DNA from: a virus
Virus record (IMG/VR): IMGVR_UViG_3300050821_011268
Location: 1 to 46,236 of that record
Length of the DNA: 46,236 nt
Strand: one strand, 5' to 3'
The position numbers and the translations under genes are program-made. The first letter of the stretch is position 1. Each line of letters opens with the position of its first letter. The notes beneath the pieces are model-generated. The model had not been told where the DNA came from, did no database searches, and saw only the letters and a program-made list of their open reading frames with translations. This document shows, in pieces, positions 31,546-41,500 of the stretch.

Positions 31546-32964
31546 ATGAATCTAGATCTGACAAATGTCATAACCGTATCAGTGGCAACAGCACCCGCTG
31601 GCGCTGGCTACTACAATACTTCGAATTTAGCTCTCGCCACTTGGGAAGCACCCGGCATGAGTTTTGGTGCGGCACCTTTTAAGATCTATTTAAACCCCGG
31701 CGATGTTGCGACTGATTGGGGAACCGCGAGCTTGACTGCGCAAATGGCCAATCAAGTATTTTCGCAAAGTCCGAATATCCTTTTAGGGAACGGTTATTTT
31801 GTCGTGCTTCCGATGTTGGCTCAAATTGATGATCTTGCGCTCTCCGGGATTCCGGCAAGCGGGACTTTTGAACTCGTTTTCCCCGGTGGAACTTCGGCCG
31901 CCATCAATTGGAATGATGCTACCTCGGTCATCCAAACCAAAGTGCAAGCAGTATCCGGCCAAGCAACCACTCTCGTTACGGGAAGCCTCGCCACTCAAGA
32001 TCTGAAAATCAATTACGTCGGCATTTACGGACCAGTGGCTTCGGTTACCATCACCGCCAATAGTCTTGCGACATCGGCGCCCGTCGCAATTACTTTTGTG
32101 ATCACCATTTTTCAAGTGGCCGAAACTCCGGACGAGACTTTCGACCGGACACGTCCACTCGTTCAATACTTTGGTTTCATGGCAAATGTCATAAATGCGA
32201 CACCGGCTGTTCTTGGTGCAGCAATCGCGCCGTACAACAACATCGGATTCGCAGTCACGCGCACTCAAGCCGATGTCAATCCTGGTGGAGGTTTTGATCT
32301 CTTGCGTTCGGGCAACCTACACACGATGCGGGGTCTTGGTTACTTCGCAGACAATGATACGGATTCGCTCAACTATATGGCGTCTTATGCAGGCCGTGCG
32401 CTTTCAACGAATTTCTCTGGTTCATTGACCACTTCGACCATGAATTTAAAAGACCTTGTCGGTGTGCAGCCTGATCCGGCCATGACACAAACCCTCTACA
32501 ATGCGTGCAAACTTGCAGGGGTCGACATCTACGTCTCACTCGAGGGAATTCCCAAAGTGATCTCGTTTGGTGCGAATGACTTTTTCGATCAAGTTTATAA
32601 CTTGGCGTGGTTCACCGGAGCACTGAAGATCGCAGCTTTTAATTACCTGGCCACGACCGCAACTAAGATCCCGCAAACGGAGCCGGGCATGACGGGATTC
32701 AAGGGAGCCCTTCGTCAGGTGTGCTTACAAGCCATCACTAATGGATATGCGGCGCCCGGCACATGGAACAGCCCAACCACCTTTGGGAACCAAGCGGACT
32801 TCTTGGCGAACATCGTTCAAGTCGGATTCTACATTTTCTCGGTACCGATTTCTCAACAGTCTCAAGCCGACCGTGTGGCAAGGCTCGCGCCGTTGTCACA
32901 GATTGCATTGAAAGAAGCCGGAGCAATTCAGAGTGCTGCGATCATCGTAAACATTAATTCTTAG
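31546..32964 (+). CDS. Tail sheath protein (DUF3383-type)
   Basis: 472 aa with N-terminal MNLDLTNVITVSVATAPAGAGYYNTSNLAL. It is followed by a DUF3277-type tube, a chaperone and the tape measure. Confidence 0.7.
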   Translation: MNLDLTNVITVSVATAPAGAGYYNTSNLALATWEAPGMSFGAAPFKIYLNPGDVATDWGTASLTAQMANQVFSQSPNILLGNGYFVVLPMLAQIDDLALSGIPASGTFELVFPGGTSAAINWNDATSVIQTKVQAVSGQATTLVTGSLATQDLKINYVGIYGPVASVTITANSLATSAPVAITFVITIFQVAETPDETFDRTRPLVQYFGFMANVINATPAVLGAAIAPYNNIGFAVTRTQADVNPGGGFDLLRSGNLHTMRGLGYFADNDTDSLNYMASYAGRALSTNFSGSLTTSTMNLKDLVGVQPDPAMTQTLYNACKLAGVDIYVSLEGIPKVISFGANDFFDQVYNLAWFTGALKIAAFNYLATTATKIPQTEPGMTGFKGALRQVCLQAITNGYAAPGTWNSPTTFGNQADFLANIVQVGFYIFSVPISQQSQADRVARLAPLSQIALKEAGAIQSAAIIVNINS

Positions 32965-32983
32965 AACGTAGGGGGATTTTCAC

Positions 32984-33439
32984 ATGACGGTATCACTAAC
33001 AGGCAGCGATGTAATAATCATCAATGCCAATGTCCTTTCAGATTTGGCCGATCAGGACATTGCGGACCTGACTTTCCCAAATGATATCGCGCAGGCGAAG
33101 ACCGGGAAAAACGGCAACTCGATTTACGCGCTAAACGAGAGCGGCCGCCAAGCGGATTTCAAAATTCGCCTGATCCGGGGCTCTGGTGACGACAAGTTCA
33201 TGAATGCGCTTTTAGCACTTCAACTTGCGAATTTCGCTGCTTTCCCTCTCATGCAAGGTCAATTCACCAAGAATGTTGGTGATGGAACCGGCAACGTGAC
33301 CCAGGACACCTATGTACTCTCTGGTGGGATCTTTGTGAAAGTGCCTGCCGCTAAGAGCAACACCGAAGGAAATACGGACCAAAGTGTGGTCATGTATGAA
33401 ATGAAATTCACGAACGCACCGAGGACGATTGGCTCATGA
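32984..33439 (+). CDS. Tail tube protein (DUF3277-type)
   Basis: TGKNGNSIYALNESGRQADFKIRLIRGSGDDKFMNAL is the DUF3277-like pattern. 151 aa. Confidence 0.7.
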   Translation: MTVSLTGSDVIIINANVLSDLADQDIADLTFPNDIAQAKTGKNGNSIYALNESGRQADFKIRLIRGSGDDKFMNALLALQLANFAAFPLMQGQFTKNVGDGTGNVTQDTYVLSGGIFVKVPAAKSNTEGNTDQSVVMYEMKFTNAPRTIGS

Positions 33440-33825
33440 AGATAACTCTCAACAGCGGTAAAGAACTCCACATAACACTCGCTACGTTTGCAGTTTCGAG
33501 GAATTTGCTTCAGGCGATGCTTGCGGAAGCAAAAGATTTAAAATTCGATCCGGACGCGCAAGTGGATGTGAACGTGTTCAAGGATCTTTTTTGTGTGGGG
33601 CTGTCATCGAAGAAAATCGAGGCAGCCCTTCACGAGTGCTTGAAAAAAGCCGTTTACGATGGCCAGAAATGCGATAGTTCGGATACGTGGGAAAAAGAAG
33701 ACGCGCGCGGTGATTATTTAGAGGTATGTTTTGAGGTGGCGAAAGCAAACATCTCGCCTTTTACGAAGACCCTTACTGCTCAGTTCAAACAAGTTTTAAC
33801 AAAGGCAAAGAGCGTCCTCAAGTAA
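33436..33825 (+). CDS. Tail assembly chaperone (gpG-like)
   Basis: 129-aa acidic helical ORF between the tube and tape measure genes, with an ATGA overlap with the tube gene. Confidence 0.6.
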   Translation: MKITLNSGKELHITLATFAVSRNLLQAMLAEAKDLKFDPDAQVDVNVFKDLFCVGLSSKKIEAALHECLKKAVYDGQKCDSSDTWEKEDARGDYLEVCFEVAKANISPFTKTLTAQFKQVLTKAKSVLK

Positions 33826-33989
33826 GGGTCAAAGACGAGGTGCTCGTAATTCACTTTCGCTTATCAAAGGCAGGTTATGGAAGCGTTGATGAGATTGAAC
33901 AGTGGGATGCCCGAAAGACTCTTCAAGCAATCAAATACGAGGAGTTCTGTAGTGATTACGAATGGGCGTATATGGAGCTAAACAAATGA
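33735..33989 (+). other. -1 frame extension of the chaperone gene (gpGT-like frameshift product candidate)
   Basis: The -1 frame is open from 33735 to TGA 33987-89 and reads ...RVKDEVLVIHFRLSKAGYGSVDEIEQWDARKTLQAIKYEEFCSDYEWAYMELNK. Its stop overlaps the tape-measure ATG 33986 (ATGA). Confidence 0.45.
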
Positions 33990-35197
33990 CGATTGCTCAA
34001 CTTTTCGTCGAACTTGGTGTCATTGGCACCACCAAAACCACCCAAGCGTTAAAGAGCGTTCGTGATGATTTGACGGACGTCTCTATGCAGGGACTCGCAG
34101 CTAAGGCGGCCGTTCTTGGTGTGGTCTATGCGCTAGAGCAAATGGTGACGTCCGGTCTTAAAGCCGGTGCTAATCTAACCATGTTTAGCAGATTCACTGG
34201 CATGGACCCCATTTGGCTTCAAAAATGGCAGGAACTCATGAGAGGTGTGGGAGTATCGGCTGAAGATACCGAATCCTCTATCGAGGGTCTACAAAAAGTC
34301 ATGGGCGAAATGTCGGCCGGTCAGGGCGCTCCAAAAGGACTTCAAGCCATTTATTTAGCCATGCAGCAGATGGGGAGACCCATTGACATGGCCCGATTTC
34401 AAAAGGACATGAAATACGCGATGAGTGTGCTCAGAGATTATGCCACACACAGCGCTGATTCTGATGTCATGAAAAATATGTGGCTCGGTTCTATTTTTGG
34501 ATCGAAGAGCTTCATTGCGGGCATTAAGAGTGTTAAAGATTCGCTCGACAGCATTCGTCCTAGTCGTATCTTAGATGCGAAAGAACTGGCCACCTTAAAC
34601 AAGGGTAGTGTTGCGTGGTCAGATTTCTTGCGAGATTTCGATATGCTCAAAGAGCATTTGTCCGCGCGATATGCGATTTCTTTCATTTCTAATTTAGACG
34701 AAGCGGTTCAAGAAATTCAAAGTCTAGCCGATGCTTTTGAAAAACTAAATCCCTTTCTAAAGACCTTTCTTCTCGTCATTGGTGGTGCAGCGGGTGCCGC
34801 ATTCGCACCTCTCACAGCAGCCATCACTGCCCTGACTTTGGTCTTAAGCGACATGCACAAAGGAAAAGAAGGTATCATAGGTCAAGCCCTCGGGATGCGC
34901 GACAAAGCCGACAAATGGATTTTTGACAAAGTGAAAAGTGTTTTCGGAGTGGATCTGCAAGGACCTAATTCCATTTTCAATAAAAGCCCACTTCCACCTA
35001 CAAAAGAAATGCTTGAAAAATTAGGACCTAGAGATCTCGGAGTACCGACAAAGAAAAAGGAAGGTCCGGAAGCCTTCAACAATGAAATCAATGTTCATAA
35101 TTATGGGGTGAAAGACGCACACGAAGTGGCGGATCACGTAGGCCGATCTGTAAACTATGCTATCAGACAGTCCACCGCAGCCTTTGTGCTGACATAA
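33986..35197 (+). CDS. Tape measure protein
   Basis: About 400 aa, helical, with a hydrophobic stretch FLLVIGGAAGAAFAPLTAAITALTLVL. Position after the chaperone. ATG 33986 is preferred over 33962 because of the ATGA coupling. Confidence 0.7.
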   Translation: MTIAQLFVELGVIGTTKTTQALKSVRDDLTDVSMQGLAAKAAVLGVVYALEQMVTSGLKAGANLTMFSRFTGMDPIWLQKWQELMRGVGVSAEDTESSIEGLQKVMGEMSAGQGAPKGLQAIYLAMQQMGRPIDMARFQKDMKYAMSVLRDYATHSADSDVMKNMWLGSIFGSKSFIAGIKSVKDSLDSIRPSRILDAKELATLNKGSVAWSDFLRDFDMLKEHLSARYAISFISNLDEAVQEIQSLADAFEKLNPFLKTFLLVIGGAAGAAFAPLTAAITALTLVLSDMHKGKEGIIGQALGMRDKADKWIFDKVKSVFGVDLQGPNSIFNKSPLPPTKEMLEKLGPRDLGVPTKKKEGPEAFNNEINVHNYGVKDAHEVADHVGRSVNYAIRQSTAAFVLT

Positions 35198-35198
35198 T

Positions 35199-36128
35199 AT
35201 GCCGGGACAAGTAAGTTTACCACAGCCAGTGCCGATCATCCGGGGAGTGGGACAGCTCACGAATCCCTTTGGGATTACACAAGCGATTCCTAATCTCGCC
35301 AATTCTGCGGCCACTCTTGTCTCGCTACTTCATCCTAATGCGGTCATTGGTGTGCAGCCTCAAGATAATGTTGCGGGCGTTGGTCTCACTTTATCTTTCA
35401 TAGATAAACCGATTCTGTTTCATTATGAAGGTGAGAACAGTTCCACTCTTCAAACGGATATCACTGATCACTTCGTCGAAGACAATACCGCTATTCAAGA
35501 TCAAATGGCTTTGCGTCCTATTGAGATTTCCACACATGGTTTCATCGGTGAATTGAATGATATCCCGGTGCTCCCTCAGTTGGCCATTGCTAAAGCCGTT
35601 GCGAGTAGTCTCAATAGCGCAGTTGGCGCATTTGTGCCGGGACTCTCTACAACTGCCCTCATCACCTATAACCAAGCAGCTCAAGCTGCGGCGATAGCAA
35701 GCACTGTTTATCAACAGGCCCTTTCAGCAATGGCTTCAATAAATGGCTCGCAGCAAACGGACATAAACGGAATCATTTTCCAAAGTCCAGCGTTGCAAAA
35801 TCTTCAACAGCAATTTTATCAACGATTTCTAACATATTATGTGAACCGAACGCTCTTTACCGTTCAAACTCCGTGGGCCGTGTATCAGAATATGGCGATA
35901 AAATCTTTAAGAGCTATTCAAGATGACAGCACTCGCATGGTAACAGATTTCGAAGTGACGTTTAAGCAAATGCGGTTTGCCTCAACCAGGACAAGCGGGA
36001 CGTCGAGCAGCATTCTTCAAGGACGGGCTTCAGCCCAACAAGCACCGCAAGTGATCGTTGGTGAGGCCACTACTGGCCCGACTATACCTTTCAGTACGAC
36101 CACTCCACCATTGGCGGCGACCGCATGA
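35199..36128 (+). CDS. Tail/baseplate protein in the position of Mu gp43 (DNA-circulation-like)
   Basis: 309-aa ORF directly after the tape measure. The assignment is by synteny with Mu-like tail modules only. Confidence 0.4.
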   Translation: MPGQVSLPQPVPIIRGVGQLTNPFGITQAIPNLANSAATLVSLLHPNAVIGVQPQDNVAGVGLTLSFIDKPILFHYEGENSSTLQTDITDHFVEDNTAIQDQMALRPIEISTHGFIGELNDIPVLPQLAIAKAVASSLNSAVGAFVPGLSTTALITYNQAAQAAAIASTVYQQALSAMASINGSQQTDINGIIFQSPALQNLQQQFYQRFLTYYVNRTLFTVQTPWAVYQNMAIKSLRAIQDDSTRMVTDFEVTFKQMRFASTRTSGTSSSILQGRASAQQAPQVIVGEATTGPTIPFSTTTPPLAATA

Positions 36129-36472
36129 ACATAATCCAACAGGTCACCTCAGACCCACTTCAAACGCGTTCAGTTAGAATTCCGAATAACAATCTTTTCA
36201 CTTTCACTATGTATTTCATGCCGATGCAACAGAGTTGGTTCATCACGAATCTCACTTATCTGACTTTCGTACTCAATGGTCTCAGAATCTCAAATAGCCC
36301 CAATATACTTCATCAGTGGAGAAACATCCTTCCCTTTGGGCTTGCGTGTTTCAGTACGAATGATCGGGAGCCGCAATTGGTGGACGATTTTTCAAATGGT
36401 CTTTCAAACCTGTACTTGCTCTCACAGGCGGATTGCCAAGCATATGAGGAGTTTTTGACTAGTGGGTCTTAA
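36125..36472 (+). CDS. Hypothetical baseplate-module protein
   Basis: 115-aa ORF with an ATGA overlap upstream. Confidence 0.45.
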   Translation: MNIIQQVTSDPLQTRSVRIPNNNLFTFTMYFMPMQQSWFITNLTYLTFVLNGLRISNSPNILHQWRNILPFGLACFSTNDREPQLVDDFSNGLSNLYLLSQADCQAYEEFLTSGS

Positions 36473-37400
36473 ATTTGGACGCGTATATTCTCTTACCGTT
36501 TCGACCATCGACAACACACAAAGTGTGACAATAGCTCTCCCTTTTACTATGGAATTCGACATAAAGAGAAACGATTTATCGTCACTTAATCAAGGCTCTA
36601 TTCGTCTTTACAATCTATCTTTACATAATCGAGCGTTCATTAGACAGGACGAATATACTCCTTTCTTAGCTAAACGTATTGTGCTTAGAGCCGGATATAG
36701 CGGGTTTCCTAATCCCAATGTGGCGCCTATTCCTGGATCGAGTCAGACTATTCTATTAAATGGCTTAATCAATCACGCTTGGAGCATCAGAGAAGGAAAC
36801 AATTTCATAACCAATATAGAATTTTTCGATTTGGGCCATGCGGCTACCTCAGATAAAAATACCATCGTTTTTAATCCAAAAACGGCGCCGGGTTCTTTTG
36901 TGAAAGGCATGACGAAAAAACAAATCATTACCCAAATGGTGAATTATTTAAGACCTGTAGGAATCACACTTGGAACGATTGGAAATTTTACCAATACTTA
37001 TCCGAAGGCGCGCGTCTTTGCAGGTTCCGTCCTTCAAGGGCTTAGCGAGATCTCCGGTGGTCAATTTTATATCGACAATGGTGTGGCTAATTGTTTGGCC
37101 GACAACGAAGTGGTGGAAGGCGATCCCCTTTTGATTGATTCGAGCACAGGGCTTTTGGGAACCCCGATCAAAGATCTCCTTATGATGCGTTTCCAATTAT
37201 TATTTGAACCAAAAATTCTCATGAGTAGCCTTGTCAATTTACAAAGTACAACGGCGTCCCAATTCAACGGTGTAGGAAAAGTTCTATCACTTCACCATAA
37301 GGGAACTATTTCGGCTGCTGTCTGCGGCGACGCGACGACGGATGTTGGGATTCTCATAGGTGCGGAAGCGGCATTTAATCAAGTGCCCAGGACCGGATGA
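36462..37400 (+). CDS. Baseplate hub-like protein (Mu gp44 / P position)
   Basis: GTG start. LTVSTIDN ... FDIKRNDLSSLNQGSIRLYNLSL ... RIVLRAGY resembles hub proteins. Synteny supports the call. Confidence 0.5.
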   Translation: MGLKFGRVYSLTVSTIDNTQSVTIALPFTMEFDIKRNDLSSLNQGSIRLYNLSLHNRAFIRQDEYTPFLAKRIVLRAGYSGFPNPNVAPIPGSSQTILLNGLINHAWSIREGNNFITNIEFFDLGHAATSDKNTIVFNPKTAPGSFVKGMTKKQIITQMVNYLRPVGITLGTIGNFTNTYPKARVFAGSVLQGLSEISGGQFYIDNGVANCLADNEVVEGDPLLIDSSTGLLGTPIKDLLMMRFQLLFEPKILMSSLVNLQSTTASQFNGVGKVLSLHHKGTISAAVCGDATTDVGILIGAEAAFNQVPRTG

Positions 37401-38161
37401 TGGCTGATCAAATTCCAGCACTTATAGCCAAATTTACCAAGACGAGCCAAAATATGCGGGATTTGATGGATCTCGTTAAACGCGAAGTGTTTTTGGAATT
37501 CAATAGTCACCATATCTGCAATGTAGAGAACGTGAATTACGAATTGCAAACCGCTAGCGTCACGATCAACTATCCTAAAACTGTTTATGTATCGGATGTT
37601 CCAGGTGTCTTTTATCCGATTCAGCAGCCTTATCCCATTTTAACTGATGTGCCTTTTCACGTGATCAGCGACGGAAGCGAAGCGAGTCTTACAATGCCGA
37701 TAAAACCGGGCGCCCAAGGTCTTGTTTGTTTCAATGATAGGGATATCGGGAATTGGTTCGCTACTGGCCAGAATCAGCCGGTGGCGAGCACTATGCTCCA
37801 CTCACTTTCAGACGGACTTTTATTTGTCGGTTTTAGGTCATTAAAGAATCCGATTGCCAATTACGATCCGATTCGCGCAGTATTGAGCAATGGTGAAGCT
37901 AGAATTGGCGTCAAAAATCAAGCAGACGATCTTCTCAATGGCTCGGGAAAAGTCCTTATTGCCAATGATACATTCGGCACTCTTGGCCCGAATTTTAAAG
38001 CATTTTTCATGGCGCTTAGTACCTTCGTCACGGCTTGTGAAGCCAGCATTACCGATCCCGTACTCGCTGCTGCGGCCACGGCTTTTGCGGCCACATTTAC
38101 GGTTCCCGTTGCTCCATCAACTCAAGGTTATCCAATTAATATTCCGGGGGTGCTAGAGTGA
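37397..38161 (+). CDS. Baseplate spike / gpV-like protein
   Basis: 254-aa ORF between the hub-like and W-like genes, with ATGA and GTGA overlaps. Confidence 0.45.
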   Translation: MMADQIPALIAKFTKTSQNMRDLMDLVKREVFLEFNSHHICNVENVNYELQTASVTINYPKTVYVSDVPGVFYPIQQPYPILTDVPFHVISDGSEASLTMPIKPGAQGLVCFNDRDIGNWFATGQNQPVASTMLHSLSDGLLFVGFRSLKNPIANYDPIRAVLSNGEARIGVKNQADDLLNGSGKVLIANDTFGTLGPNFKAFFMALSTFVTACEASITDPVLAAAATAFAATFTVPVAPSTQGYPINIPGVLE

Positions 38162-38571
38162 TTGTCAGAGCTTTAGACGCAAATGGTGATTGGCTTTTTG
38201 GTAAAGGCACCAATGATTATAAAGCGGGCACCGATGCCATTAAACAGACTATCGGTACTCGTCTTAATTCGTTTCTTGGGGATTGTTTTTTCGCCGGAGA
38301 GCAAGGTCTTGACTGGTTTAATTATCTGGCCGGTAAAGATCAAGTGTCTCCAGCTTTGGCCGTGGCTTCGACAATTGCCACCACACCAAGTGTTACGGGA
38401 CTCGATAGTTTTAGTCCAAGTCTAGACACTACGAGAACGGCTAGCTATGTTGCGGCCACAACACTGGGTCCGGTGTCAGGTCAATTCAGCATCACACAAG
38501 TAACTGATTTCTTACTCACTGAAAGCAGCGATTTCTTAACGGATGAAGACGGAGGACGGTTAGAAGCATGA
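38158..38571 (+). CDS. Baseplate wedge protein W (gp25 / DUF2634-like)
   Basis: DANGDWLFGKGTNDYKAGTDAIKQTIGTRLNSFLGDCFF resembles gp25/W-like proteins. GTG start in a GTGA overlap. Confidence 0.55.
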   Translation: MIVRALDANGDWLFGKGTNDYKAGTDAIKQTIGTRLNSFLGDCFFAGEQGLDWFNYLAGKDQVSPALAVASTIATTPSVTGLDSFSPSLDTTRTASYVAATTLGPVSGQFSITQVTDFLLTESSDFLTDEDGGRLEA

Positions 38572-41500
38572 AAAAATTAACGCTGTTCATTTTGGCAATC
38601 ACCTCTCTCATCTGCATGGGAGATGTAAAACTCTCCCAACTTCCCGTGGGAGCCGCTGCGGCCACTAACGGGCCGGATTCTTTTCCGTATGTTGACTCGG
38701 TGGACATGATCACGAAGAGAATTTTGCTCTCGGATATTCAAAACATTCCCTCTCTTCAAAGTGCATTCTTGTCACTCGCGCCCACATCTGCGAACTATGT
38801 AATGGCAGGCCCTTTAAGCGGTTCGCCGTCTGTTCCCTCTTTTAGGCTTCTGTCTGGTGCAGATTTGAATGTGGCGCTTACACAAATCGGTGTGAGCCCT
38901 CTCATAAACAATAACCTGCCACTTCAATGGAAAGATAGTGGGGGTACTGCGAGATCTATCTTAAATTTCGACAACACCAATTTGGTCACTCTTCAAAATC
39001 CTTTGGCCGGGTCCAATGCGCAATTATCGCTCACAAACGCTTCGGGCAATGGATATGCACAATTAAATGGCTCAAGTCAGATTACCCTTACCTCAAACGA
39101 AGTGCTCTTCCAAGGCTCGACCGCACCCACATCTTTGGTGTTTCCCGGTTCTTTTGGTACGGTCACTCTTGGTGCTCCCAATTCTTCGATCACCACTTGG
39201 GCCGCATATTGGCCCGTCTCCAATGGGACTTCGGGACAAGTACTCACGACCGATGGCGCCACCCCGGCCAATTGGTATTGGTCGAATTCAAGCACCACTC
39301 CACCTGCTGGCGTGACAGGTGACGTCCAGTTCAATAATGCTGGTGCATTTGGCGCAGATGATTCCAATTTCTTTTGGGACGAAACAGACAAGCGTTTAGG
39401 AATTGGAACGAATGGCCCTCTCACCAATATCCATTCGGCCAGTTCCGGAGCCTCAACAACAGATCACGGGATCACCCAAGAAAATAATTCCGCCAATGCC
39501 ATTGGCGGGGGATTTATCTTGAAAAAATCCAGAGGTACTTTTTCATCTCCTGGAGCCATTTTAGCGAATGACGCCCTTGGAAGAGTTCTTTTCTATGGGT
39601 ATGGTACTGGATATAATGCGACTACTCCAGATGCGGCGATGTTTGCCGCCGCTGCACAGAACTTTTCAGGCACGGCACATGGAACTAATCTTACCTTCAG
39701 CATCACCCCGAACAATTCCATAGTCCGGCAAAGTATTCTTGGCCTAAACAACGATGGTGGAATGGTTCGTTATAGCCCTACGGCTACAACGCAACTCTCT
39801 GAGTACTACACGGCCGGTGGAACTTCTTATTCTATAAATTGGCCTGCATCTCAAGGCACAGGTGCTTTAACCAATGACGGCGCCGGGAATTTGTCGTGGA
39901 TGTCTTCCGCTGCTGCGGGTGCGACTGGTGCGGTCCAATTCAACAATGCGGGCACTTTTGCAGGGGATACCTCCAATTTCTTTTGGGATGATTCCGGATT
40001 CAGACTCGGTATCGGCACCAATGCTGTGACTAGTCCCATTACTATTCAGACGAATTCTTTCCCCAAAGTGATCTCGGCCGGGAATAGTTCCGCCGCAGCT
40101 TATTTGGAGTTTGATTCGACCAATGGCGTTCAGTACGTGGCCGGAGCCGATGGCCCGAATAATCAAGGTTGGGCAGGCACCCAAAGCAACCATCCGTTCA
40201 TTTTCAGAACGAACAACACCGGCCGAATTACCGTGTCTTCGGGTGGGAACATTCAGTTCAACAATTACGGAGAAGGCGTCGCTCAGTTTGATTCAAGCGG
40301 AAATATAACTTCGACCGCACCCGGCACTTCGGGGAATGTCCTCACATCAAACGGCACCACTTGGATAAGCCAAACGCCAACAACGGGAATCACGGCACTC
40401 ACTGGTGACGTTACAGCTTCGGGATCAGGTTCAGTGGCCGCTAGTGTTGTTAAGATTCAAGGTACGCCCGTATCGGCGACCGCGCCCACGACAAGTCAAG
40501 TACTGGCCTATAATGGAACCGCTTGGGCACCGGCAACGGCCAGTTCGGGCACTCCAGGCGGCACCACTGGTGCCATCCAATACAACAATGGCGGAGCCTT
40601 CGCGGGTGATGCCTCTAATCTATTCTGGGACGATGCGGGTGTGAGACTTGGCATTGGGACAAATTCGATCACGAGCCCCGTCACTATCGTGACCGCATCT
40701 TACCCCAAAGTGATCTCGGCTACCAATACCACAGCGGCCACTTATCTAGAATTTGATTCCACAAATGGTGTGCAATTCGTTGCCATGGCGGATGGCCCTA
40801 ATAATCAAGGGTTGATGGGTACGCAAAGCAATCACCAATTTGTGTTTAGAACGAATAACACCGGCCGAATTACGGTCGCGGCTGGTGGGAACATTCAGTT
40901 CAACAATTACGGAGAAGGCGTCGCTCAGTTTGATTCAAGCGGAAATATAACTTCGACCGCACCCGGAACCTCGGGCAATGTACTCACTTCGAGTGGTGGG
41001 GTTTGGGTGAGTGCTCCGGCATCCGGGGGTTCGGGTACGGTCACTCAAGTAAACACGGGCACGGGTATCACGGGTGGCCCTATCACCACTACCGGAACAA
41101 TTTCTCTGGCGGCCATAAATAACAATGATCTTTTGGCCAACACTTCGGGGAGTTCAGCAGCACCCGTTGACACTTCTCTTACTGCGCTTATCGATAGCGC
41201 TATGGGGAATTCACAAGGCGACATTCTTTATCGCGGAGCCAGCACTTGGACGGTTTTATCCCCCGGTACAAGCGGTTTTCTTTTACAGACCCAAGGAACC
41301 GGCGCTAATCCGATTTGGGCGAATGGATCGAGCACCTATGCAACTACTTCTTTAAACAACGTAGCGGCCACTTCGATTGGTGCGAATTTGAATCCGGCGA
41401 CCACCAACACTTATCAAATCGGTAGCAGTAGCTCACAATGGCTCGCAGTTTCGGCATTCAGATATACCACCACGAATAGTCCGGATTCACTATTGATGGG

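Noticed and set aside
39309-40989. Fibre repeats as template/variable repeats of a diversity-generating retroelement
   Set aside because: There is no reverse transcriptase anywhere in the genome. The differences between copies are not restricted to adenine positions.
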